Part shown: positions 1 through 13,800 of the stretch, piece by piece
Position numbering within the stretch: position 1 is the first letter of the stretch
How the letters are laid out: every line of letters begins with the position of its first letter
Source of the DNA: Anthoceros angustus
Taxonomy: Eukaryota; Plantae; Anthocerotophyta
Assembly: GCA_010909165.1 (NCBI GenBank)
Contig: VJWM01000203.1
Coordinates: forward strand, 1 to 64,000
Reading direction: 5' to 3'
Length of the DNA: 64,000 nt
Position numbers and translations under genes: made by a program
Notes under the pieces: model-generated
What the model was told of the DNA's origin: nothing
Databases searched by the model: none
Seen by the model: the letters and a program-made list of their open reading frames with translations, nothing else

Positions 1-484
1 TCGTTGCTTGGTGGTGATCCGAGCTTTCCTCCACGACGGAGACTACTTGCTATGCGCTGTGTGCCACCACCACAAGTCTTTGTACAAGCTGATGCTCTTC
101 CAGGTTTGACATCTGAGATCAAGCAGGAGGAACTCACTCCTGTTTTCGAGAATCTGGAGACAGCCTACAAGGAGTACAAACTTGGTGAGGCACAAGCAAG
201 AGTTACAGCACAGGAGCAACGTACCCAACAGTATCAAGCTCTCTGGCATTCAATCACACAAATCAACACCAATTTGGTTTACATTCTTTGAAGCGGTTGT
301 GAATCGAATCCACTTTTGATTACGTGAATCACATTAACCGAACTTGATTTTGGGCCCTCACAGGCCCGTGTTGTGAGTGTGGTGCGGTTGTGAAGTACAT
401 CTCTATTTACATTTGGTTATTGATGCGAATTCTTGGTTTTCGTCATAACACAAAGTCGACTTTTTCAATAATCACAAGTTTTCA

Positions 485-1330
485 GATGGCTACTCCTCCA
501 CCTACACCAACAGCACCTTCTCCTCCTGCTCCAATCATTAATGTTATGAATGTGAGTCGGATTTTAAGGAGAAAGACCGTTTGTACCAAGTTTGAAGTTT
601 GGTCTAAGCGGATGAAGATTGCTCTAAATACTGAGATCTTCTTGCCATCGTTGATGGCTCTCTCCAAACCACCGGACCTTCACCGCTCTCGACTCATGGA
701 CAAGGCAGGCAGGCATGCACATGCATGCCCTAGACAGTCACTCTCCATCACACGATGGTGCCCTCACCTCGCCCAGCTTGGAGGCGAGATCACGGATATT
801 TACCAATCCACCATGACATTGGTCACGGTTCGCAATGAATTTTATTCTTTAAGAATGCAAACCTTATAGTGTTGCTACTCATGTGAGCAAGTTTCGTATC
901 TGCGTGCTCAACTTCGCTTTGGGGACTCCATTAAAGAGTTCGAAGCAGTGCGGCCTCCTCCCATTTCAATCTTTTGTCTCTTCACGAATGGCACTGCGTG
1001 AAGCTCATCAAGTGTGCGTGCTAATAAGACACCTTCAATTTCTCCGAGATAGCTGGTGCTCTTTACAAGAAGAGGCTTCTAGGTTCAATCTTGGCACCTC
1101 AGAACACATGGTGGTGATAGGGTGATGTTTGTCACCAAAGGTGAACAACAATTCATCAAGCGCAGAACCCAAATGCCACTCCTGGTACCACCTCCTCTGG
1201 GCCTTCTCCATCCAATTCTTCCTCAACTCCTAGACGTAAGGGGACATGTAATTGGTGCAAAGCCCAAGGACACTGGGAGCAGGAATGCCGTAAGAAGAAG
1301 GCTGGTGAGCCCAAGCGGGACACCAAAACC
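485..1330 (+). mobile_element. Ty1/copia gag relic (fragmented)
   Basis: MATPPPTP...FEVWSKRMKIAL gag-like start at 485; CCHC knuckle C-N-W-C-K-A-Q-G-H-W-E-Q-E-C-RKK at 1247-1297, similar to the copia gag near 59.1 kb; frames broken. Confidence 0.6.
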
Positions 1331-2299
1331 GCTAACACAGCGGTTGTTACTAAAGCAAGGCATAATTCCAAGACCGACATTAACAAGCTATTTAGTGAAG
1401 GGGGTGATTATTCAGCATGAGGGTTTTCTGCTCTTTATTTGCCGAAGGGGGTTTTGGATGGGTGTTGAATCCCTTGTTCACCGCTTGTCTTTGGAAAAGA
1501 TGATCGAAGAAGGGTGAACACCAACAGAGCGAGCTTGCGTTGTGACATGTGGAGCAATGGTTGTAGTTTACACCTATGCCGACTTTAGAGCCCATTCTGT
1601 TAAAATGGAGCACCATGATGTGAAGATGAGTACATTTGACGATGCCCCAAAACAATCGGAAAACATGGTCCAACCAATGTCGAACTCTCATATTTCAAGT
1701 TTCCCCAGAACGCTTCCATGCGGGGTGGTGGTGGTATGGGTCATACTGAATCCCCGCATGCGACATGGAATTCATGGAAATCGTGGGTGCGGGCGCGCCA
1801 GCGGCGCCGCCCACAATCCCGAGTGATATGTCATCTCCTATCCCTTGGTAGGTTGGAGGAATCGATTTTGAGACAAGAGGGATGATGTGTCACCAACCAT
1901 CGGCGGATGCTATGTATAGTCATGTGACTAGCCGTGATCAAAAGCAGAAAGTGGGTATGGATGCATTATTAGTGGCGGCATCGTGCAAGCCCTAAATGTG
2001 CACATGCTCTAAATGTGCAAATGCGCAAAGGGTGTCCCACAGGCTAGTGCTTTAGGACTAAACCGTCGATGGAGCGATGGAGTTTCCATCGGCTAACATC
2101 TTGTAGAATATGGTCGTTTCAAACTTTCCCCAAGGAGAATGGGCTACAATGAAGCGTGTCGAATGTGTCTTGCGGTTTCCCTTCTCAAAAGAAAATGAGG
2201 CTACACCTATGCTTTTAACATTCGGCAATCTACTCTCCTTCTAAATTGACGCCGTCTTCGTTAGGTTGGCATCATCGCGTCATCTTCATCCTCTGCCAC

Positions 2300-5200
2300 T
2301 TTGACTTTGGTTGTATGAAGCCCCGCAATTCATTCGACTTGTCCTTGATTGCCTTCTTGTCTACGGATGTTTAGAATTCAAGGTGAAACCATAATACAAG
2401 ATGACGGTTTTGTACATAAACTTCCGAATATTTTTAGGTTCAACCCCCCTTTTCCCGGTTTGTTGCTTGGCATCCCATATGTATTCTTCAACGTACCTAC
2501 CCTCAAACGTGTCGGTACGTACCCGGTGAACAAGTAAGTGAGGTGGGTCATCATCAAACAAACCGTCAATCACCTTCCCAATCCAAAATGGTCTTCGTGT
2601 CACTGGACGCAATGAACATGCCCTTATTTATTTCAACACATCACCATTCAAACGTGTCATTCCCTCCTGTCTTTCCAAGTTTTGGTATCGTCCCAAATAC
2701 ATATCTCGTTGTGGAAGGTCCTCAACAACGCCTCCCGTAATAAAGCTTCATCATCAAGTCGCAGAGGTTGGGCTGTTACTTCTACTTGGACCTCGAATAC
2801 CACTTCCAAGGATCTTTGGAGGACGAGCCCAATGTTGTTTTGAACAACATGACAATCTCTTGTTGGTCCACCCGAGCTTCCCACCATTTGTATTCCTCCG
2901 ATGTCACATAAGGCCTAAGGGCCGAAAGACCTTCCTTCAAATGAGCCACACCATCCGTAGGTGATAAGTCTGCCAACTTTCCTTTTCTATCCCTTGACCG
3001 GAGGGCGGTTAAGGGAGCTGCCGTTATTGTGTCCAACGGCACGAATGTCAAAAACTCCAACCCGGCCTCTGTCTCCCAATAGGCTGATGTGGAATACTGC
3101 TTGCTCCTGATGACAGTTACAAACCCACGGTCACCTTTGGCTTCTCTCGTAATTTTGAATTGGTGCTGGAAAGAGAGGTTGTTTAATTTTTTGACTGCCG
3201 CCTTGTATGCGTGTCCACCTTCCCTTGCCTTATGGGCCAAACATATGACCGAAGTCAAACTTGATCAATATCTTCACCTCCGGTATGGAGTGTACTAATC
3301 AAAATCTCGGCGGTCAGAAGAGTGTGAGCTTCCTTGTGTTTTAAGCTTTTGAAAAGCATGAAAACATTTGGTCGATTTGATCATGCGTATGCCCCACCAA
3401 CAAAAACCCCACTTTCACCTTTTCAAACGTCCCCATGTCCACGAGCATGTTGAGATATGCAAAGCAGTTGATTCTTGTTCTCTCGCAGTGTTGTCCAATT
3501 GCAAATATAACACTTTCGGCAATACTCCTTCAGTTATGAATAACATCCGGATGATGGTAATCGTAAGATTGGCATCATTCCATGAAGTTCGCATAATGCA
3601 AGTAAGCTCTTGCCTTAAACGTGTAATTGTGGATCATGCACCCAACCACATGAACTAATACGGCACTCCTCATCCAAGTTCTTTGGCCATCAAGTAGATG
3701 GGAATCTCCGTCTTCTTTTGGTCCATTCCATCGATTGAAAGTAGAAGGTACATATGTGGTTCTACATAACTCTTGCTCCGTGTTTCGCCATCTTGACCGC
3801 TCCGATGTAACCGCAAACGATGGGCATCTAAAGCCGCTTGATATTTTTCTGTTTCAGAAAACATACACACTCGTCAGGTACATTTGAAGAGACATCCAGT
3901 TAGATATGAAGGACCCTCCTATCTTTGAGACGATCTGCACAGGCGGCGTCCGCCCCAAATCAACGGAGGAAGAACCTTCATGTTCCGTCCTAGCGCATTT
4001 GCAGTCAATTGTCGTTGGCGTACTACGAGCAACCACAATCCATGCCTTCGGCTTTTGGTTATGGAGGCGGCCGGCCCCCCCATGTATAAAGTAGGGTGAC
4101 CCATGGTCCTTCGCCATGTGGGCGTTGGCGATTGGTATCCCTCGGTACGGAACCTATGGTGCCGTTAAAGAGCACACGGAGGTGGGGCCGGCCCGGCCCC
4201 CATCTCGGCTCTTAACGCACCATAGGGTTCTTGGCCTCAGCAGGGCCGGCCGCGTCCCACCACATGTCTGTTGGCCTCTCGGGGTTTCATCCCAAGGGTT
4301 TTGCATATGTGGGGCCGGTCGGTGGCACCCCATCCCATCATACAAAGATCGTAGACCGGTTATAGGGATCTTGCCCATAAAGCCTCGAGTTCAAAACAAC
4401 CATTCCCCACTCAAGAAAACCATTCCATAAGTTCCCATGCATGTCAGCCCGTCAGTGGTAACAATTACCTTGATCGGTTGTGGATCGTGTTCCTAATTGT
4501 GCTCTTGAGACTGCAGAGTGAGCACGTGGAAAACTGGGATTTTGGTATTTTCACTCTTGGGAAGTTGCTTTTCCATAACTTCAAGAACCATGGATATTTC
4601 ACATAGAGGATCCCGGAGGTTTCGCATTGCCGCTGTACATACTCCATATTTCCAACCTTGTGTATGCGGAAGGTTGAAGACCTCCACGTTCGGCCGCTCG
4701 GCCATCATTAGAAATGTCTTATCCATCCGAGGATATCGCTCCATAAGAAGCGTGGTTTGGGGTTAGGCGAAACCATCCCAGGGCATTCATTAATGATTCG
4801 CTCTTGATTCCTCATATCAGTGTGCCCTATGCAATATACTCTTCTAAATGCCTTCAAGCGGAGCATCGGAATGGACCCCAAAATGTGTGTGCATACTTTA
4901 CCCCTTTCACATCCCCTCTCGCTTGAACCAAGGACTCTAGAAATGTCTCTTGCTCGCCCGCCCATCCTTAGGAATCGGTACCTCGCTCCACGAAACTTTT
5001 CTTTTGTCACGCACATTTGATTGCAACATGGTTTTAATCCGTCACTACCTCTCCTTCACTTTTCTTCAATGTGACACCACGCGTCTCCGTTGAGGTGCAA
5101 TGCTTTTTGCTTGACGCGCGCCTCACTCATGCGGCGGCTTGTCATCCGGAAGGTTCGTCCTCGGAGGTGCGTGACCTCTCACTTCACAATGACACTCCCC

Positions 5201-5300
5201 CGTGCAATGCGGTCCATTCTCACCAGCTGAGGATGAGACTCTCAAGTGGTCGCATCTCGGAGGCGTGGATGAGGCTGACCACCATCAAACAATGGTGAGG
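2300..5300 (-). pseudogene. DNA transposase relic, Sola-like DDD type, with one spliceosomal intron
   Basis: Minus-strand motifs in order: FLKLWKSNFPRVKIPKSQFSTCSLC (~4510-4590), SIDGMDQKKT (~3710-3740), LPKVLYLQLDNTARE plus frameshifted NKN (~3475-3525), GFLLVGHTHDQIDQMFS (~3357-3410), PFWIGKVI (~2570-2590). GT-AG intron 4468..3849 joins the frames (TCA AG|A AAA TAT). The Sola assignment is inference from the motif pattern; ends approximate. Confidence 0.65.
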
Positions 5301-7949
5301 TCCATTCTCAGATGAATGAGGACTCCTCATAGGCGTGTAGATGGGCTCCCTGGGCGAGATGCAAAGCCCACATGTTTTGACGCCAAGTGTCGGCGCCTCT
5401 AGAGCCTACATGGGCGGTGCGAACCAGACTTAACAAGCTACTGCCTCTTCCAAAAGTGGGAAAACGGTAACCACAACAAACCTTCATGTGGAGGACTCCG
5501 TGGGTATTGCAGAATATGTGAACTTGGAGGAGGCGTTCAAGATAGCGAGCCTCTTCCTCCTGCGGACCATGTCTCCATTTCTTTGGAATTGCGAGGGGCC
5601 GGGTCCTCCACTTGAACCTCCTGCGCCACAGGCATGGTGCACAAGTTGCATCTTGTATCATGAATGGTATGCAGGAAAAGACAATAATGGCGAAACAAGA
5701 CCAACCTCATCTCCGCGTGGTCAAATGCAACATCGCACGCTGTCGAAATGCGCAAGGAAGGAAAGCACAAGACTTTGCACCGGTAGTGGCTAGCGGATAT
5801 CGAGCCTCCCTCCACGGGCTTTGCTATATGCGTCGGGACGGCCTCGCATCACGAGTGCCACCGCCTAAGAGGTTGATGGGATTGCCTCGAAATAAGTCAC
5901 GGACAATGAAGTGGTTGACGGGTGTGCAGGATTGTGGAAAATCCAAGCATAATTGCAGCACCACTGGCGAAAAGTTGATGGCGGCGGCGAGTCTAAAATA
6001 GTAAGCTCGTCAAAATTGAGTTTAAGGTAGCGGGTTATTTTAGAAAAACACGGTTATGAAAACCATTTGGGGCTATGGAAGAAAACCCTACTTTTACACG
6101 TCGCTTAACTTCAGTTCTCGTTAAGGCCTCCTCTTTTCTGTACTTAAGGGCTACCGTTTGCAAGGCCAGCTGACAGCGAGTTCACGTCCAGGATTTCGAG
6201 CGCAACACCTCAGCTGTGACCGCCGCTTCTTGTCGGCGCACCACCACCACCGTGCGCATCTTTGGGAGTGAGCGCCACACCGCCGCTCGCCGCCCTAGAC
6301 CGCCAAGCTCGGGTTGAGCGCAACTTTGCCGCCAGCGGTAGCTCGCAAGTGTGAGGCGCCAAGCTCTTGAGGCGGGCGATCTTGAGCAGTGAGTTAGCGG
6401 TCACCGTGTTGTGCATCTCTTTGTGATTACGGAGTGGGGTTGCCTTGAATTGCGAGGAAGATGGCAAGCGGGAGGAGCAAGAAGGACCAGCCTTTGGAGG
6501 AATATGACACATGCGCCCAAGGCGGGAGGAAGCTCAAAGGCGAGAGCACCAGCCGGACATCGCGGAGGCACCTCCATCCAGTCGCCGGTTGGAGACATCT
6601 TGCCATCCGGCCATGCTCAACATGGAGGCGGCATTCTTGGGGCAAGCAAAATCGGGCAGCGCATCCTCTGCCAAAATCAGTTCCACAAAGGTTCTTTGGA
6701 GAGCAAGGGACGAAGAAGGTTGGTAAGAGCGCGAAACAACCTATTCCATCCGATTCACCTACTATGAGGAGATCCATATCAGCGTGTATCCGCGGCTCGA
6801 CAATGTTGTGGTTGTGGAGAAGGAGGATGCTTGTGCGGGGATCCACACCTCACGACGCAATGCGCCATGGACCCCTTTGTTGAAGTTGTGGATCATGGGA
6901 TATAGGGGCTCACCAAATCGAGAGAGCAAGAGCGGTGGGTTGTTTGGGCTACTTTGGACTTCAATGAAGGGAGCGAGTTCACTTTTTGTGCACCACAAAG
7001 GCATACCAAGATGAGGAAGTTTCCAGATCCGCGTTTATACAAGTCTCTTGTTCTTAGCCCGAAAGGGTTTCACTGGAAGAAGTGTGCACCTCGTGGCCTT
7101 GTTGAAGATTTCCGCGATTCCATGCGACAGACAAAGTATTGCCAGGCGCATTCCTTCGCAGTTCTTCACATGTGAGTCACGACATTGTGGATATGTTTTT
7201 CCTACCATCTTCCAGGCACCACTAGTTGCGAGGGCACTCATCGAGCTATCGAAAAGATTACACAAACTATGAGGGCCCACAAGAGGAAATGTCTGCGTCG
7301 AGCCCAAGCCTCCATACAGGCGGTGATGTGGTGGAAGGTATGGAAGAAGATCATGAGGAGAGTGAGCTTGGCCCATCGACGAGGAAGATGGGGCTTTACC
7401 GGTGGTCAAGCGCATTCGCATGAAGGATCCGGGGCACGATCGGACAGAGATCGAGGACCTTCCCAATCTTCAAACTCCCACTCCTTGGTTATGGTTCCCA
7501 CCATGCAATATGACCGGATGTGCAGCGGCCTGCCGGCGCCTAGTCATCTTCAGTTCCCAAGAGCGCCAACGCCCGGATCCGGTTTATAAGATTCAAGGAA
7601 GGTGCAGGTGGTTTGGGGCGCCGGCCGGCCCGCCTGAATCCTCCCACCACACGGGCAAAGAGAGCAAGATGGCACCGGGTCGGCAGTTCGTCCCCGGAGA
7701 AAAGGACATGGCGGATGCGGGGATGTGGGTATGGGCGAGGAGGGCGCGGCCGGCGCCCTCCTCAACCTTCATGCCCAAACGGCAGTGCAGTGGCGCAAGG
7801 GCAAGGGAAGTGCGGCGGCCGCACACGGGACGGAGGTGGAAGGAAAACCAAAAGGCAAAGAAGGGTGGAAGAGAAGATGCCATAGGAGGGACATAACCAC
7901 GGTTCATATTCAAACCGACGAGGAAAGGTTGGAAGAGGCTATGAGGGAT

Positions 7950-10273
7950 GCATCCATTGACTCGCTTAAGGGATTCGCATACTCAAGAAGGTGGTGCAGA
8001 AAGCAGTGTTAGTGAAGTTGGAGAACTTGAGGCCGGCGCCATTACTCCGGGGCAGATCCGGAGGGTTGATGAGGCTTGGGCAAACTATCTTGCCCGTGTT
8101 ATAGCGAAGGCGGATAGAGGAGGGAGTTCGCCTCTTTGTGTATGATTGATCCGAGCGAGTGTCTTGATCGAGCAATGGATGGAAGCAATGGCGTGCAAAG
8201 AAGTATGTCATGGGAGTTCTTGGTGGTAACCACACCACGCACTATGAAGCACTTATCGGATATCTCACCCGGAAGAAGCGGTTCCAATATGTTGAAGCAC
8301 ATGTGTATTGTGGGCTTCTGCATGAGATGCGGTGCTTATCACAATATGATGTCCAAAAGAAGAAGATGAACTTTATAGAGCAAGTCGTATTTAAGGGACG
8401 AGTTGATCATCGCAAAGAGGGAAGAAGTGCAAATGACCATGTCACGGAAATACAAACACAAGTCCTAGGTTTGATTGAAGAAGGCGATGAAGGGCGGGGA
8501 GGGACGTGTACAAGCGAGAACAAAGTGGACAATCGGACCCACATTCGTATTGCTAAGCGGGATGGGAAGGTGTGGGAGAATGTGGACAAGATTTTTTCCA
8601 AATGGGAAGCGAGAGCTTCGAGCGGAAAACACGTTCTGCGGACAAGCAAGAAAGGAAAGGCAAGCAAGCTGGCGGATGACCAAGCAGTTGATAGTGTGCG
8701 TCAAGCCTAGAGACATGTTGGCCAAGCCACGGAAATCTTTTCGTGGAATACCTTGGAGAGTGTGGCCAGCAAATCGATAAGCGCCACCGAGAAGGTGTTG
8801 GTGATAGATCCAAGGGGATGGAGGAAGAGATCACATGCTGGAAAAATTTCATATCATACAAGTAGCAATGGTGAAGCATCTCATCGTCATTTGAAGAGGT
8901 GCGCGAGGAGTATCCTTTACATTCTACGGACAATATGCTAGCACGATTCCAAACGACCTTCTCCGGAAAGGTATGTCCGTTTTTTTTCATATTGAACAGG
9001 ACGGGGGCGATGCCGGCGCCGGCCGGCCCGCACCGCCCCTCCATATGTTTCATGACGGTGCCTCTGCCGCCTCATATGGGTTTGTAGCGCCAGCGCCTTC
9101 AATCCAACGGAAAAATGGCGCCGGCCGCCCCTCCCGTAATGACTAACGTGGCGTTTTAAGCAATTGAAAGACATCAAGTGTCGACAAAACTCCCGGTGAC
9201 TTCCAGATTTTATTTTCGAGATAAACAATTGGAAAGGGGCTTGAAGACGAGCGGTAGCATTAGCGGACAAGGACCGGAGGAAGGTCTTGAGGTTTTCAGT
9301 TCCATCAACAGAGAGCCGGTACAATACCAAATCGAAAGTCGTGATGTACAAGATATGGTTTTCTCGGGCAAGGCGGTACACACTTCTCGTCATGGATGTG
9401 CCCCGAGGTTTTAACATTGGACCTATGGACAAGAGGGTGGATAAGCAATGATGGATTCTCTTCCAAAGCTTTCTTGAGAAGACCACTAGCGATGGAGGAT
9501 GATTGTGATGCATGGAGTGGAGGAGGCACATACTTAGAGAATCAATGCGAAAGTGGAGCGGAAAGGGGCTTGGTGTCGTTCGTATGGGACAAGACAAACA
9601 TGAACAATGACAGGTGGATTTGAGGCGTGGAATACATAACTATCGGATGGGGTCTCAAGGATGGGAGCACAAAGGATGAATCGCAATGCTACCAAATGCT
9701 ATGCATGGAACATTCAACAATGGAAGGTCATCATTGCTCACGACACGATTGTCAAAAACAGTTTACATGTCACATGACAAGTTGGTGGTCCGCCCTTACC
9801 GAGACCACTAGGGTTGATGACGAGACTTATTACAACCTTCTCCAAAGAGGGAGATTGGGTTGGATGCATGCTGGGAGCGCTTTGTTTGGCGTTACTTGGG
9901 AAGGAGTATGTATCGAGGTGACTTGAGATGTGCAGTTATATTTCACAAAGAATTCATGGATTTGAGGTGCTCCAGATGCGATTGAGGAGTTGAATTTTGA
10001 AGCCCAGGAGAGGACTTGCAGTTACGGGCAAAGGAGGTTTGCATCGTGAAGGACTCCTTGAAAGCACAAGTGGTTTCTTTGAGTGCCGTCGGAATAAGAG
10101 CGGGGATGGCGATTTGTTGGAGGCTGGCCAACAAACACTCGAGAACGTTTGGCGATGCAGGGGCGGATGGTAATGATGAAGACACGGATGGGAGCGAGGA
10201 CTCGAGGGCTTTGGTTGAAGTCGACACTTCGATGAGGAAGAACTTGGCGGATCTGAACTTGGGTTATGATTGA
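7950..10273 (+). pseudogene. ParB/Srx-like domain fused to a beta-class N4-cytosine/N6-adenine DNA methyltransferase (frameshifted)
   Basis: QIRRVDEAWANYL (~8055-8090), VLGGNHT (GGNH 8222-8233), VYCGL...AYHN; motif IV-like RYTLLVMDVP(R)G (9374-9409); FVWDK...EYITIGW (~9578-9650); RPLGLMTRLITTFSKEGDWV followed by frameshifted (L)DA(C)AGS (9802-9878), resembling motif X-I. The order IV-TRD-I is beta class. Putative intron 8971-9160 (AAG|GTATGT...GACTAAC...TTTTAAG|). Confidence 0.6.
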
Positions 10274-10844
10274 TTATGTCGCAAGCACCGAGTCGTCTGA
10301 TTAGCCCAGACGTGTAGGCGTTTGTAGTTGTGAACTATTATTATGCTATGGTCAATTTTGGCGGAACCTAAAGCAGGATGGTCTCCAAGCGGCTTGCAGA
10401 CGAGGCGTACCCATACCTAGTTTTGTTGTGTTATTACTAGGCCTTTTGTCAATGTGGAAATGGATCATCGCACAAAACAAACTACTTTTGAGGACTAACT
10501 GGCGCTGGCCGCGGTGCCTTGACCCTTCCTTCGAGGTTTGTTGTTTCATGCGCATTATTCGGTAGGAATCATTGTCCATGGTATGGGACACCGAAATCAA
10601 AAACACGGTTTTGGGAACCATGTATTGCTCTGTGAAGGAGGTTTCGTTCAACGGAAGGGGTCTTGATATTCACCCCTTCAAATACCATGTTCATTGCGGT
10701 TTGTTTGGTTGCATCCGAGTATAAATCTTCTTGGTGCTTGACTGCCACTGCATATGCAGCCACAAACACATGTTTACGACATATTTGGCGGTTGATGTTC
10801 TTCATCGCTTTGTTCCTTCATGACTCGCCTCTCAATAGCGCCTT

Positions 10845-13800
10845 GGCTCGTTGACTTTCGAATTGGAAGATGGTTCTTCCTTCTACTCATTGATGTGTAT
10901 GTACCTCGGATGGCCAAGAATTTAATTTCCGTCGTCCTTGGTTAAGGATGGCATCTACAGTGACTTTGGCCGTGGTGATTGTCTTCTCTCACCGGTCTAT
11001 TCATCCGGGCCGGTTGTTGCTCGAGGCCATCCTCGCCATGATTTATATGTCTTCAACGGCAAGCCCATGTTGGCGCTGGCTGCTCCACCGGCTGCCGCCG
11101 CTGCCATCGACATGAGGGGAGCTCACGCCCTGGTGATGTTTTTCTCGCACTCTAGGCTTGGCCACATTAATCATTCCAAGCTCTTAGAGATGTCAAGATT
11201 TGTTTAGGATAGGCTGCCTACTTTTACAAAGACGCCACCCAGTGAATCTTGTATTTATGCTAAGCAACGCTCCGATCCGATCTTCCCGCACGCTTACTCA
11301 TTTGGAGCTTGTCCACATTGATCTTTGTGGGCCACTCCTTCTTCACTTGGGCTAATCATTTTATGATCTAGGATGACTTCCGTTATACTTTTGCTTACCC
11401 GCTTTGAAGAGTGACTCCTTGATGTATTTTCTCCTTTGTTACTATGGCCGATCAAACTGGTTGTAAGTCATGTGCATTAGATCCGATAATGCCGGGAACT
11501 TAACAATCACCGCTTAAGGACTTTTGTCAAGAGAGGGGATCCTTCACAATTTACTTCCCTATACCTCCCAAAGAAATGGAGTTGCGGAAAAAGCCAATGG
11601 TGATCTTTTACAGGCCATGCTCGCCAATCCCAATTGCCTAAGTCCTTCCGGGCCAAGTCACAACACGCGCTTATATCGAAGCAGTGCTTTCCAAGTCTAC
11701 CACCGGACTCCTTATGAGGCCGGCATGGGAGTAAACCCTTATCTCTCATCTTCGTATCTTTGGATGCCCCGCCATGCCCATATCCTTCTCGCCGAGACAA
11801 GCTCTCACCGTGCTCGTAAGTTGGTATTTGTGGCTATGGCGAGGATCGCAAGGCATACAAGCTGGTGGACTTGAATACCCACACTCCGACGTATGCACGC
11901 ATCGTCCACCTTTGATGAGTCCCGTAGCACATCTTGACCCGCTTCGGCTCCTCGGTCCCGCCCCCGATGTCGCTTCTACCTCCGCCTCGTAGCCCTCGAT
12001 GGCCCGGTGACATTCACTTTGAGTTACATACTCAACCCTTCACTTTTCCCGACCTGTGTTCCTGCTTCTCGTTCTGCTCCTCCGCCTTTGGCTTCTTCAC
12101 CTCAAGCGGTCCTATTCCCATAGTTCCCGCCGAGAGGGGAAGATGAACAAGCCATAGGGTTGCCCATGGATGAACCATTGGAAATTGAGGATGACTCCTT
12201 TGGTGTTCTTGAGACTCAAGCATCAGAGACACCGGTATCTCCACATTCCCCACCAAGCCCTGACCCTGTTCCTGAGCGTAGGTATCCCTTGCGTCAGAGA
12301 CAACCACGTCACCTATGGAATGAAATACCCTTTGACTTGGAGTTCAATCAAGCCGGCTATACTACCACTTCTGAAGGTCACTTTGATGCTTTTAGTGCTG
12401 CTCTTTCAGAGGGAGATCCTCTCACCCTGCAAGAGGCATACTCACGACCGATGCCTAAGTGGAAGTTTGCCGCTGATGATGAATATAATTCACTTATTAA
12501 AAACAACACATGGATCACACCGCCTGGCAAGGTGATAAATGCAAGTGGGTTCTCAAAACTAAGTTCCGGAGGTTGAGCCTCGTATCCGCCACAAGGCGAG
12601 ATTGGTGGCTAAGGGGTATAGTCGAAGAGGGAGTGGATTACCAAGGCGATAAAGTTTACTCATTGCCAAAGCCGCTGTAAGAATGCTTCTAGCTTTATGT
12701 GCCGAGCTTAACTTGGAAATTTATCACTTGACGCCTGACGGCCTTTCTTTATGGTCACCTTAAAGAGGAGATCTACATGGATCAACCAGAGGATTATGAA
12801 GATAAGAAATTCCCTCACAAGGTGTGTAAACTACTCGCTCAATATATGGACTTAAGCAAAGCCCACGCTTATGGTACGAGAGAATGGATTCTTATCTCAA
12901 GAAGTTGGGGTTCGTCCAAAGTGAAGTGACATAAACATCTATGTACTTCGGATAGCTCACTTGTACTTGTTGCCCTATATGTCGATGACTTAGTTATTCC
13001 AGCAATAATGTTGAACCGTCAACAAGATAAAAGCGATTTGAGCAAAGAATTGAGATGAAGGATCTCGCAAAGTTAAATATATTCTTGGAATGCATGTACA
13101 TAGAGATAGCATCGGAGCTATTTATCTTCATCAAGGACGATATGTAGGTATGCTAAAACGCTTCAACTTGGAGAACGACGAGCGAGCACACCAAGCCAGC
13201 TTTCTCATCCGCTCGCCTCGCGTAAGAGGACAAGAAGGAGATGGAGACGTTCTCACCGCATGGGAGTTGGCACTCTCATGTTCTTGAGTAATCGACAAGA
13301 CCGACATCTCAAACACCGTGAATGCCGCTGTCTCGCCTCGAGAATCCAGGAGGGATCACCTGTTGCTCAAACGCATCATGCGGTCTCAAGGGTACTCAAA
13401 ATTATGGCCTATGCTACAAACCTAGCGGAAAGAAGCGCCTCCGCTATGTTATGTGGATGCAGATTGGGACGATACACTGAAAAGTATCTCAAAGATATTG
13501 CTTTCTTTGCCGGCTCCATCATGTTAATTGGTCTTGTAGAAAACAAGCAGCCATATCACTTTCATCAACCGAATCGGAGTACAAGGCTCTCACTGAAGCC
13601 ACAAGAGAGGCTGAATGGGAAAGGAAGCTATGTGAGAATCTGAGTATGATGCAGGAAGGGCCAACAATACTTAACTGTGATAATATGTCAGCAATTGCTT
13701 TAGGTACTAACCCCGTGTTCCATGCACGCACGAAACACATAGAGATTCAACATCACTATATTCGTGATGCTGCAGAAAGGGGAATAGTAAAGGTACAGAT

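Noticed and set aside
6430-7900. Additional domain upstream of the ParB-like region
   Set aside because: Coding-like, but no motif could be recognised across the broken frames.
7950-10273. Bacterial contamination as the source of the methyltransferase
   Set aside because: It is embedded among plant retroelements and has a putative GT-AG intron with a CTAAC branch site.
10300-10840. Third gene of the transposon cassette on the minus strand
   Set aside because: Only short ORF fragments, cut by the copia; no identifiable motif.
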